From: Octopus sinensis
Taxonomy: Eukaryota
DNA: 64,000 nt
Direction of reading: 5' to 3'
Assembly (NCBI RefSeq): GCF_006345805.1
Contig: NC_043008.1
Location: 74,772,001-74,836,000 of the forward strand
Shown here: positions 12,590 to 22,948 of the stretch, in pieces
Layout: each line of letters opens with the position of its first letter
How positions within the stretch are numbered: the first letter of the stretch is position 1
Translations under genes and position numbers: made by a program
The notes under the pieces: model-generated
The model's database searches: none
What the model was told of the DNA's origin: nothing
Seen by the model: the letters and a program-made list of their open reading frames with translations, nothing else

Positions 12590-13151
12590 GACTTCCTCCC
12601 GTCCCCCACCCCCATTTTCTCGCAAATTATTGTTTCTAAATTTTTTTGCCAAAACTCCCCATTTTCAGATACGGAAAGTCCGGAAAATTGCCAAAAATTG
12701 GAATTTCGAAATTTCTTGCTCCCTTACCCCCACTCCACCCCAATTTCTTCATTTTTCACTTTTTCTGTAACCCTAACCCTAACCCTAAAACCCTAATCCT
12801 AATCTTAAAACCCCAACCCTAACCCTAAAACTCTAACCCTAAGGAGAAAAAGTTTTGGAAATTTTTTCCAGAATCATAATCCCGCATATTTTGACAACAA
12901 AAATTGCGAAAAAACAATTTTACAAATATTTTTGGAAATTTTTTTCACAATCATAATCTCCGTATTTTCCAGCACATTTTGAAAAGAACAAAAACATTTA
13001 AAAAGTTAAAAATGAAGAATTTAGCGGGTAGAGGGGTAATTTCAAAATGCCGATTTTTGCCAATTTTTTTGCGGATTCGTATTCTCTGTCGCCGAAAATT
13101 GTTGGGAAACTCAGACTTTTCAGGTGACCCATTGGGTCACAAGTAGTCTAG
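12590..13151 (+). mobile_element. Non-autonomous element with Helitron-like 3' end
   Basis: CpG-rich body, internal CCCTAA repeats, terminal hairpin GTGACCCATTGGGTCAC (13124-13140), then CTAG (13148-13151) next to an AT-rich tract. The 5' boundary is approximate. Confidence 0.55.
12770..12842. repeat. Interstitial telomere-like (CCCTAA)n, degenerate
   Basis: TAACCCTAACCCTAACCCTAAAACCCTAATCCTAA...CCCTAACCCTAAAACTCTAACCCTAA. Confidence 0.85.
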
Positions 13152-13173
13152 CATATACATAAATTCACACACA

Positions 13174-13290
<117 letters not shown>

Positions 13291-13989
13291 CATACATACA
13301 GTAGAATCTCGGTTTTCGAACAGCTTTGATCATAAATAAATCGTACTTTATCTCCTGTGTTTCTCATATTCATTTAATACAGTAATGCCTCGGTTTACAA
13401 ATGCCTCTGATTACAAATAAATCGCGCTTTATATATATCTATATCTATATACATATATATAAAGCTGAATAAAGTTACAACATGGTCTGGTTTGCATGCT
13501 TTATTTATTATTGTATTTTAAAAACATTTTTTTTACATAAAAAAGAATATTTAGTAATGTTCATAAAGTTCAATTAACACTTTAATACATTCATAGTAAT
13601 CATCAGACTTCAAAATGTATTGACTTGAGCGCTTTCAAATTGTATTTGAGTTGAGTGTTTGACAACTGTAGTAAAATGACTGACGTTTTATTTTTATACC
13701 TCTTAGAAGGCTATGGCAAGTTGTTTTGAATACAGTTTTGACCAATCAGCAAGAAGCTTAAATATCACAGTTTCTTGGGTGCACCAATATTACTGGCATG
13801 GATCTCACTTTTATTTTAACCAGTTAGTTCGTGGTTTACATGTAATGGTTTTACGAGTGAACAAACTTAGTTGGTTTCGATCGTTTTTATTTCAATCAGT
13901 GGGAGTCTTCTATAATTTGTTTATATTCATATTTTAAAGATATTTATTAATCCACATCATTAACTGGTTGTTATATTATTGTTGTTATT

Positions 13990-15700
13990 TCTGTTCAGAA
14001 CAGGTTTGAACATTTTAATGAAGCGGTTTTCTTTTATCTTCCTTCCAACCTCACTTATGTCATGTAGTTTGTGGAAAGGAAAAATTAGAAACATTTTCTG
14101 ACCACATAATTTCTATATGTTCGCGCAATGAAATTTGACGAACATTAGTGTTCCGGATTTGTTGTCTGTGAACTCATGAACATTCTAGTAATGCAATACC
14201 TGTCTCACCAATATATAGTTCCTCGCAATTAGGGCATTTAATGCAATAGATCAAATTTCTGCTTTCGCAGTTCACATCTGTATTTGTGAAAATCTGTCCA
14301 TCTTTTATTCAAATTGATCTACCAGTATGCATATACTGACACGTTCCACATCTGTTATCATTACACTTGAATACTGAGAATGTTTTATCCCATATGTTCA
14401 TGTCGAATTTTGCCTATGTTAATAGTTTCTTTAAGTTATGTGGTTGCCTTCTGCTTAAGTGTTTGATTAATTATTATGTTTTTTTTTTAATTTTTCACTT
14501 TTTTATGACTGGCAAATTTGTCTTGATGATGTTAAAAATGTTTTGGTGATGCAGATTGTGTTACTAGAAATGGTATTGAGTTCCGTTGAAGGGGTCGTCT
14601 TTCTCATGTTGCTCTAAGTTGTTCTATAGGTATCTCTTTTGCTCACAGTATGCTAATTTCTATAAGTAGGACAGGGTATTTTTGCTTGAGCAGAAATACT
14701 TTGAGTTCTAAGTTGTGTGTTTCTCTATTTGGATCATCTACTATAGTACAAATTTTCCTGGTAAGGCAGTATAAGATGGTGTGTTTTGTGCGTGTTGGGT
14801 GACATGATGTGAAATTTAGGTAATGGTGTGTATCTGTACTTTTGTAATGGATATCAGTTGTGATTGTGGTGTTGTTTTTAAATACCATTACGTCATGAAA
14901 TGGTTATTGTGTGTCTAAGGATTTGGTCCAAAGGAGGAAACAATCATCGAGGTATCTTTGCCATTTGTCCTCTATATGCCTTCTAAAGATCATACCGTAG
15001 ATTTCTTCAATTTTATAATATAGGTCTTGTTCCAAGTATCCCAATACTGAATTCACAAAAACTGGGGCAAATCGCATCCCCATAGCTGTGCCTTGAATTC
15101 AGAGGTAGTTTTTACCGTTGAAAAGAATGTATTATTTTCGATGATGTGGCTGACCATGTCTCGTATGAAGGATACAGTATGTCTACTGGGGATCACTTCT
15201 CTTTGTTCCTCGACCAAAATTTTATGGCAGTAATTCCCAAATCACGTGGAATACTCGTATATAAGTTTGTTACTTCAAAACTAGCAAATAGTCAATTGGA
15301 TTCTGTTGTTTTGGACAGATGTGACAGGAAATCAATGTCATCCCAAATGAAACTGAGTATGTGACTACATAGTGGTTTTCGGATAATGTCAATGATGTTG
15401 CTCAGACGATGTACAGGACAGGCTGGACGAGCTATAATGGATCTTAGTTTAAACTCTTCTGGTTGTAGTAGTTTTATATATTCACTACCTTGTTTTTTTT
15501 TTATAGCATTTTGTATTTCTTCTGACTTGTGTATTTTAGGAATGCCATAGAAGTTGCTGGATTTTGACTCAAAATTGGTAACATAATCCCTTTCATTAGG
15601 AGTGAAAGAGTTATAATGTTGTAAGACTAAATAATTGAGTTTCTTCATGATGCGGTGTTCAGTACTTGAGGGTGTTTATTGGTAGAATGATGTATCCTTC
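13990..15700 (-). mobile_element. Penelope-like retroelement, RT plus C-terminal GIY-YIG, decayed and 5'-truncated
   Basis: RT: FYGIPKIHK...LRSIIARPACPVHRLSNIIDII, FEVTNLYTSIP, YGMRFAPVFVN, DTHHYLNFTSCHPTRTKHTI. Endonuclease: CESRNLIYCIKCPNCEELYIGETG...HRQQIR...ENRFIKMFKPVLN. Confidence 0.92.
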
Positions 15701-15730
15701 AATTGATCTTTAGCTATATATATATATGAA

Positions 15731-16110
15731 CTAAACTACTCATGACCCGTTGGGTCACCTGAAAAGTCCGAGTTTCCCAGTAACGGAGTTTTGTTTCTTG
15801 GGGTTTTTTTTCTTTTTCAGGTATGCGAAATTCGCATACTTTCAACAAATGCAACATCGAAATAACGTGTAAACGGCTCCTTTCCCCAGAAAAGGAAAGA
15901 TTTGGCCGCTATTTCTTACATGCCCTGCAACCACGTAACAGGTATTTCAGCTTCTTTATCGCAAATCTGTTACGTTGTTGCAGGGTGTGCTAGAAATAGC
16001 AGCAAAATCTTTGGAGCTTGAATGCACTCGAAAACTTTTTTGGAACGGTATTCCCTTTTAGCGATCTTTCACTTTGACTCTTAGAACTGCCATCCAGATC
16101 AGGTGGTTTT
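15731..16110 (-). mobile_element. Second non-autonomous element with the same Helitron-like 3' end
   Basis: The terminal 49 nt match 13103-13151 at 43/49 positions (hairpin TGACCC-AAC-GGGTCA, then TTAG). The body differs and contains an internal inverted repeat. Confidence 0.55.
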
Positions 16111-16484
16111 GTTCGTTAATTTCCACAAATAATTTTTATTTATTTACTTTTGTTTTAAAGTGAAAGATGTATGAACGTGTATGGACATGTGTGTGTGTGT
16201 ATGTGCTTGTGTGTGTGTGAGAGAGAGAGAGAGAGCCACTTACCTATACATGAAGACACACACGTCCACTCATTTTCTCTGTCTGTCTGTCTGTCTCTCT
16301 ATCTCTCTCTCTCTCTAACACACACATGCACACGTACATACAAAAAGATGTATGCATGTGTATTAATGTGTATACGTATGACAACACAGCCCTTCACTCA
16401 CTCTCTCTCTCTCTCTTCCTCTCTCCATTTCATATACACGTACATACATCTTTCACTTTCTCTTCTTTTACTTTAAAACAAAAG

Positions 16485-16840
16485 CGCAGGAGTGGTTGTG
16501 TGGTAAGTAGCTTGCTAACCAACCACATGGTTCCGGGTTCAGTCCCACTGCGTGGCATCTTGGGCAAGTGTCTTCTGCTATAGCCTCGGGCCGACCAATG
16601 CCTTGTGAGTGGATTTGGTAGACGGAAATTGAAAGAAGCCTGTCGTATATATGTATATATATGTATATGTATGTGTGTGTCTGTGTTTGTCTCTCTAGCA
16701 TTGCTTGACAATCAAGAGACCGATAGAATAAGTACTGGGCTTACAAAGAATAAGTCCCGGGGTCGATTTGCTCGACTAAAGGCGGTACTCCAGCATGGCC
16801 GCAGTCAAATGACTGAAACAAGTAAAAGAGTAAAGAGTAA
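16485..16840 (+). mobile_element. Young SINE family A
   Basis: GTGTGGTAAGTAGCTTGC..CCAACCACATGGTTCCGGGTTCAGTCCCACTGCGTGGCA.CTTGGGCAAGTG, central (TA/TG)n, and CAAATGACTGAAACAAGTAAAAGAG tail. Confidence 0.92.
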
Positions 16841-17412
16841 ATAAAAACTTTTTACGGAAACTAACGAACTGTTTGAAGAAAGCTAAAATATAAATACTTA
16901 CTGTACAAACAACTTACATTTTTGAAACCACTTTCAGTTTTAAATATTTTAAATGGTTAAAATATCATGTACGTCAAAATGCCGACGTTATTTTTTTCGT
17001 AGAGAGTGCGAAGACTGTGTGTGTGTGTATATGTCACAGATAGAGGACGTGTGTTTGTGTTGATTGACGCGCAATACATTCATTATATGCATGTGTATTT
17101 TGTATGTGTGTATGAGTGTTGACATCACGGAAGCCATGTTTTTTACGTCAAGAAATAACAAGCAAAAATAGTGTTTAATCGTTTTCATTAAGAAATGGAG
17201 GTCCAAATATCACAAAACTTTGTACTGCACTGCTGAAGGTAAGAAAAGAAATATATTAAAAAAAAATAAAAAGCTTAAGATAAAATATACTGTTTCTGAG
17301 TTATTTGGTTACTCACAAATATCTCTAGAGTTTTAGCATTACCAAAATATATATATTAAATGCAGTGCTCCTGCATGGTTGCAGTCAAATAACTGAAACA
17401 AGTAAAAGAGTA

Positions 17413-17470
<58 letters not shown>

Positions 17471-17557
17471 TCGGTAAAACATAGATCCAAAACAGAATTG
17501 TCAGTAAAACATAAATCCGAAATAGAAGCACACTCTACGTTATAGAGCAATATATTA

Positions 17558-18186
17558 TACAGATAAAGTGAGATAAGGCTGGTTTATGGGTTTATCCTAG
17601 GTTTTATGTCCATAAAGCATTTAACTTTACAATGTATCATCAGATCCCAGACCTATTAGCTTATGGCCTTTCTAGAAAATGGAGCAGGAAAAGACTTCGT
17701 TACTCTATGTCAATGACAAGGGATTTTCTCTATTTGACCCTGCAGAAATTTCCTGAAGTGCAAGCATGGTCTGAAGACATCCGTTCTGAAGTTAAGGATG
17801 TTCCTCCGAGTCAAAGATGAGGATACCGGAAAGGAGAGGCTTTGCTTGAATGTGTTACCGGAGCATCTGATGTATCTTTGTGTTCAGCCGTTGGCAATGT
17901 TGAATCTGCTGCTATCTTTGCTGTAGGTACTAATGCTGTTAGTGTCGCTGGAAGTGGTGACGGTGTTTGTGCTGCTACTACTGACTTTGGTAGTGGTGCT
18001 ATTGTTGTTATGGTCATCGTCATTGATGGAGGTGCTGTCACTGCTGTTATATTTATCATTGGTGATGGTTCTGCTGTTTTTTTCGTTAGGGATACTGCCA
18101 TTTCTGTTGTTGATGTTGTTATTTATGGCAATGGTGCTACTACTAATTCTGTTTGTGCTTCTGCTGCTGTTACTATTGGTACTGTC
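17558..18186 (-). mobile_element. PLE 3' end (left arm of palindrome): N/S/T-rich linker, GIY-YIG remnant, 3' UTR with hammerhead
   Basis: Minus strand: ...SRFNIANG*TQRYIRCSGNTFKQSL, [deletion], NILNFRTDVFRPCLHFRKFL, then a CTGATGA-containing fold. Homologous to the right arm over its length. Confidence 0.75.
17587..17649 (-). ncRNA. Degenerate type I hammerhead ribozyme
   Basis: TGGGAT-CTGATGA-T-[ACATTGTAAAGT TAAAT GCTTTATGGACAT]-AAAA-CCTAGG-ATA-AACCCA. GAAA is mutated to AAAA. Same 63-nt length as the right copy. Confidence 0.6.
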
Positions 18187-18846
18187 AAACCTGCTACTGT
18201 AGTACCTCCATCAGCAACAATGATAATAACAACAAGAGCACCACTACCAAAGCCAGAAGTAGCAGCACCAACACCATCGCCACCTGCAGTGACGACAACG
18301 CCAACAGCAGCATCAACACCAGCAAATTCAACATTGCCTACACCTGAACAGGGAGATACATCGGATGCTTCGCTAACGCATTCAAGCAATGCCTTTTCAA
18401 CCACAAATGCAGAAAGGAGATACATTACATCATTAGCCAGCCATGTATGGCAGCTGAAAAACAACTGAATTTCATATGTAATATCATGGAGAATCCTAGA
18501 AAACAGGACCAAGCATTGTAAACTGTGCAGGCAAAGATACGAAAGGTCCTTTGACCCGGGGCTATCCTTAACTCCATAATGGAAGTCTTCAGACCATGCT
18601 TGCACTTCAGAAAATTCCTGCTGGCCTATTTGGAACCAGACGATAACAGGGGCATTTATGATTGACTGTCAAAGGGAGACAATACCCCGTTTCTGACAGA
18701 GTAACGAAGTTTTTTCCTCCTCCACTTGCTAGGGAGGCCTTAGGCAAACAGGACTGGGATCTGATGATATGCTGTAAAGCTAAGTGCTTTATGGACGTGA
18801 AACTCAGGGTAATCCTATAAACTGACCTTATCTAACTTTATCTCTG

Positions 18847-18848
<2 letters not shown>
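18187..18848 (+). mobile_element. PLE 3' end (right arm of palindrome): GIY-YIG C-terminal half, 3' UTR with hammerhead
   Basis: With frameshifts: FNIAYT*TGRYIGCFANAFKQCLFNHKC / TSLASHVWQLKNN*ISYVISWRILENRTKHCKLC / ILNSIMEVFRPCLHFRKFLL. This matches the YIG...FK.R..NHK...T.LS.HIW.LK...Y.I.W.IL...C.LC...LN...CRH..KFLL pattern of PLE endonucleases. Confidence 0.85.
18755..18817 (+). ncRNA. Type I hammerhead ribozyme with complete catalytic core
   Basis: Stem I TGGGAT (18755-60)/ATCCTA (18812-17). CTGATGA at 18761-67. Stem II CTGTAAAGC/GCTTTATGG plus ATG/CGT. GAAA at 18799-802. Minimal stem III. Cleavage triplet GTA at 18809-11. Confidence 0.8.
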
Positions 18849-18890
<42 letters not shown>

Positions 18891-18937
18891 CTATAAATAT
18901 ATTCATATCATCATCGTTATCATTATCATCTTTTTAT

Positions 18938-19415
18938 TCTTTTACTTGTTTCAGTCATTAGACTGCGGTCATACTGAGGCACTGCTTCGAAGCATTTTAG
19001 TTGAATGAATCAATCCCAGTATTTATTCTTTCTGCTTTTAAGCTGAGAACTTATTCTATTTGTTTCTTTTTCTCTTTTGCTGAACTGCTAAGTTACAGGA
19101 CATAAGAACATCAACACCAGTTGTCAATTGGTGGTGGGGAACAAACACAGAAACAAAATATATACACACATAGATAGACATATATATTCGTACTTTAGGC
19201 AGTGCTCCAGCATTGCCACAGTCAAATGACTGAAATGTATAAAAGAACAAAAGGGTATATTTGAGACTGGCTTCTTTCAGTTTCCATCTACCAAATCTAC
19301 TCACAAAATATTGGTTGGCCTGAGACTATAATAGACTACACTTGCCCAAGGTGCCATGCAGTGGGACTGAACCCAAAACCGTGGTGGGAAGCAAGCTTCT
19401 TACCACACAACCACA
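18938..19415 (-). mobile_element. SINE family A with a nested opposite-strand SINE tail (~19195-19250)
   Basis: TTTACTTGTTTCAGTCATT tail and CTTGCCCAAGGTGCCATGCAGTGGGACTGAACCC head on the reverse strand. Confidence 0.85.
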
Positions 19416-19419
19416 CTAG

Positions 19420-19995
19420 CAATTACATACATACATACATACATATATATATGTATATATATATATAACTGTCACTTTATAGTAACACATTGCACATGAC
19501 TGTTTACATTTTTTGTGTAGATAGATAGATAAATCGATACACCCATACACACACATACATATGAACATAAATACATACATACACACATGCAAATATACAT
19601 ATGTACATACATTAGTACATACATACATGTGTGTGTAAGTGTATATGTTAATATGTGTTTGAAATCACATGCCACATCATAAACATTGCCAATGAAATAA
19701 AAATAGCTTCAGAAGAGATCCAGACTAATCCAATTTAGGATTGTTTTTGATTTGAATTTACAATATAACCTTACCATTGGAGCAAACATGGCCATCACTT
19801 CTGGATTGTTGATCCGAGTAAAAGAATAATGATATTAGCTAAGGCAGGAACATTTGTCCTGCAGACATATTGATCGATTCTTTTGTTCCAAAATATTATT
19901 GAAAAGGATGGATGTGTGAGTTGTAGGGTGTATAAAGATTCATTGGCATTTACATTCTCTTGGACCATTTATACACACACACACACACACATATA

Positions 19996-20054
<59 letters not shown>

Positions 20055-20110
20055 GTGTGTGTTTGTATGTGCATATATATATGTGTATATATATATATAT
20101 ATATATCTTT
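19420..20110. repeat. (TACA)n/(TA)n/(CA)n microsatellite blocks
   Basis: Direct reading. Two blocks separated by ~300 bp of unique sequence. Confidence 0.8.
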
Positions 20111-21589
20111 ATACTCATAGACTATTGATATTGTTGCATTGCTGTGTAAATCATGTGTGTAGATGCCAATCAAATGTTGTGTTCTATTTTGGTAATTTTG
20201 CTATCAATATCAGTGTTAATCTCCTCAAAGACTGGATCACTGCCCATTCTTGCAACTGTTTCCACAGTAATCATCACTAACACTCTTCCATCCTCATAAT
20301 GTTCATCACTAACTCCACCACAAGAAAACTTTCTTCTGCTGCTGCTACTACTCATAGCAGTACCACCACCAGAACCACACCATTCCTCCTCCATTGTTAG
20401 AAGGAACAATAGCAGCAGCAGTATCCTAGCTTATAACAATGACATGCTTGTTATTCATATCAACAGAATTGCATCTGTAATGTTTCACCCACGATCTCCC
20501 ATTCATTCTCGCTTTCTCATTTAGAAATCTACCACATGACAATCTCAGTTGCATTAAAACTTGAATGAAGACCCTAAAAATCCAAGAATACTAATGAGAG
20601 ATATATCTTACATTGGTTAGGCTACGAAACTTTCCCAAGAAACAATTGCTATTGTGAATTACCTCCTGCAAAGGGTCTAATCTAGTATTGTACTTCAGAA
20701 GTTAATATTAAACATATTACACAGAAACATAAATTAATGATTGCAAGTGTTTTTTGAACTTACAACCTGCCTGTTGACAATCCAAATCTTCATCATTTGG
20801 AAAAATTTCTGTTATTTCTGGTCAAGACAATCAACTCTTTTCCTAGAATTTAGCCAAAATCTAACCTAGCACTCTGCGTTTAACATAGTGCAATCTTTAT
20901 CTAACATCTATGGAAAATCACACTGATATTATTAAATTCAAACTTAAAACCAGACATTGGTGCAATCCTTAGACCTGTTGGATCTTGTCAAACCATCCAA
21001 CACATACCAGTATGGAAGAGGAACATTGATGATAAGGAAATATAAAAGAAAAAAAAATGTTAAATTTAGAATAAAAAGTAATTGATCAATAAAATAAATA
21101 TTGATTTAATTAGAAATGTCATAAACAAGAAGAAGTACATCTGACAAGAAATAAATAAAATCGTTTATTACAAGAGTGATAAGTTCACTAGGTTCAGTGT
21201 TTAGGACAGAAACATGTTGTAAAGAAGATGGTGAAGATTTATATCTCCATCAGTGATATAAACAAGAGTACATTTTGCATCAAAAGACAATTTGAGAGTT
21301 TCTCTCAGGGTATCTACCACAGTATGGTTTGTTCTAACAGAACATCCACATTTTAGTGGGAATAAATAGTACCATGTACCATGAAGGGATTAGCACAGTA
21401 GTATTGTGATCGGTTGCAAATCTATTGAAGGTTTCTTCTGTTGTTTTTGTTGATGTTGTGACCTAGTGGTTAGGATGTTTGGCTCACCATCATAATATTA
21501 TGGTTCAATTCCAAGACCAGGCAATGCTTTGTGCTCTTAAGCAAGACACTTAATTTCATGTTGCTGCAGTCTGTCATCATAGTTGTCAA

Positions 21590-22150
21590 CATTTAACATC
21601 CATTTTCCATGCTGGCATGGGTTGGATGGCTTGACAGGAACTGGTGTGGTTTGGTGTCTCACCAGGTTCCATTGTCTGTTTTGGCATTGTTTCAACAGCT
21701 GGATACCCTTCCTAATTCCAACTATTTTTTACAAAGTGTACTGGGTACTTTTTACCAGAGCTTTTCACACAGCACCAACACCAATGTGTTTTCTTATTAT
21801 CATCATCTTATTTAACGTCCGGTTTCCATACTGGCATGGGTTGGACAGTATGATAGGTAACTGGTAAGGCCAGAGGGTGCACCAGGTTCCATAGTCTTGG
21901 TTTCTACAGTTGGATGCCCTTCCCAATACCAAGCATTTTACAGAATGTACTAGGTATGTTTTATGCAGCACCATCACCACAGTGTTTTATGGAGCACCAG
22001 CACCCACACCAATGTTTTTTATGTGTCACCTTGGTTTTATGATTTCAATTCTGTTATGGTGGACAAGTCTTCTTGTGTACAGCAATATGCCACATATCTT
22101 GGTCCACTGTCATCCCTTTTGTAAGGCTCATGACTGAAAATGAGTACCAG
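21590..22150 (-). mobile_element. Two tandem RTE 3'-tail copies
   Basis: TTTAAC.TCC.TTTTCCAT.CTGGCATGGGTTGGA...CAGCTGGATGCCCTTCC at ~21592 and ~21810. Confidence 0.75.
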
Positions 22151-22164
22151 GCGAATGCTGATGT

Positions 22165-22206
<42 letters not shown>

Positions 22207-22948
22207 TTCACTCTCTCACTCTCATCAGCTGTCACATTTTGGATGTGCCACTGGATTAAAGGGTGAGAGACTAAGAGGGTATCTATTCTTCATGGCCTAG
22301 GCATCCACAACAATTTGAGAAAGCATAATACATTATCTGGTCATACTCATTTCAGGGTGACTGCTGACTATACGTTGATGTTGTGTTTATGTTGTTGTTA
22401 TTATTGCTATAGTAGTGGTGGTCAGCTCTGATTGCCAGGTCTATGTCTGAAGATGGTGATGATGTTAATGCTGTGATGTTATTGTTTAACTCCCAGGACA
22501 ATCCTGATCAAGCAGATGTATGACAAATGGCATTCTAGCTATGACCATCCTATTTTTGTTTTTGGTTCAATGCATTCAGGTTAACATAACCTAAGTTACA
22601 AATGGTTCCCTGTCTTTTAAAGGTGATAGCATGGAAGAAGATTTGGCTGCTATTTTAAAGAAGTAGTGCAACCATACAGAGGCTTCCTCACTTCAGTTGA
22701 AATATTGACACCTTTCACACACAAAACCTTATCATATTAATTCTGTGAAGAAGTAGAGTCTTGTTTTACCTTAAGGAAAACAAGTACCTCTGGATAAGGT
22801 CTGTAGGAATTACCATGACTAAACAGAAATATTTCACAACAATACTCAAAGATCCATTCCTCAGAGCCATAGTGATTTCTTATATTAGCACAAGGCATCA
22901 CATAACTGGAGGGGGATGCAGGTGCTCTCAGTATATTACTGGTATGTA

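Noticed and set aside
12770-12842. True telomere or chromosome-fusion site
   Set aside because: Short, degenerate, single-orientation and embedded in a repeat body.
17811-18605. Mucin-like or Gly/Val-rich ORFs (208 aa at 17842-18468, 160 aa at 18123-18605, 96 aa at 17811-18101) as a host gene
   Set aside because: They are alternative-frame shadows of a low-complexity tract in the PLE palindrome. The conserved motifs (YIG, CLHFRKFL) lie in other frames.
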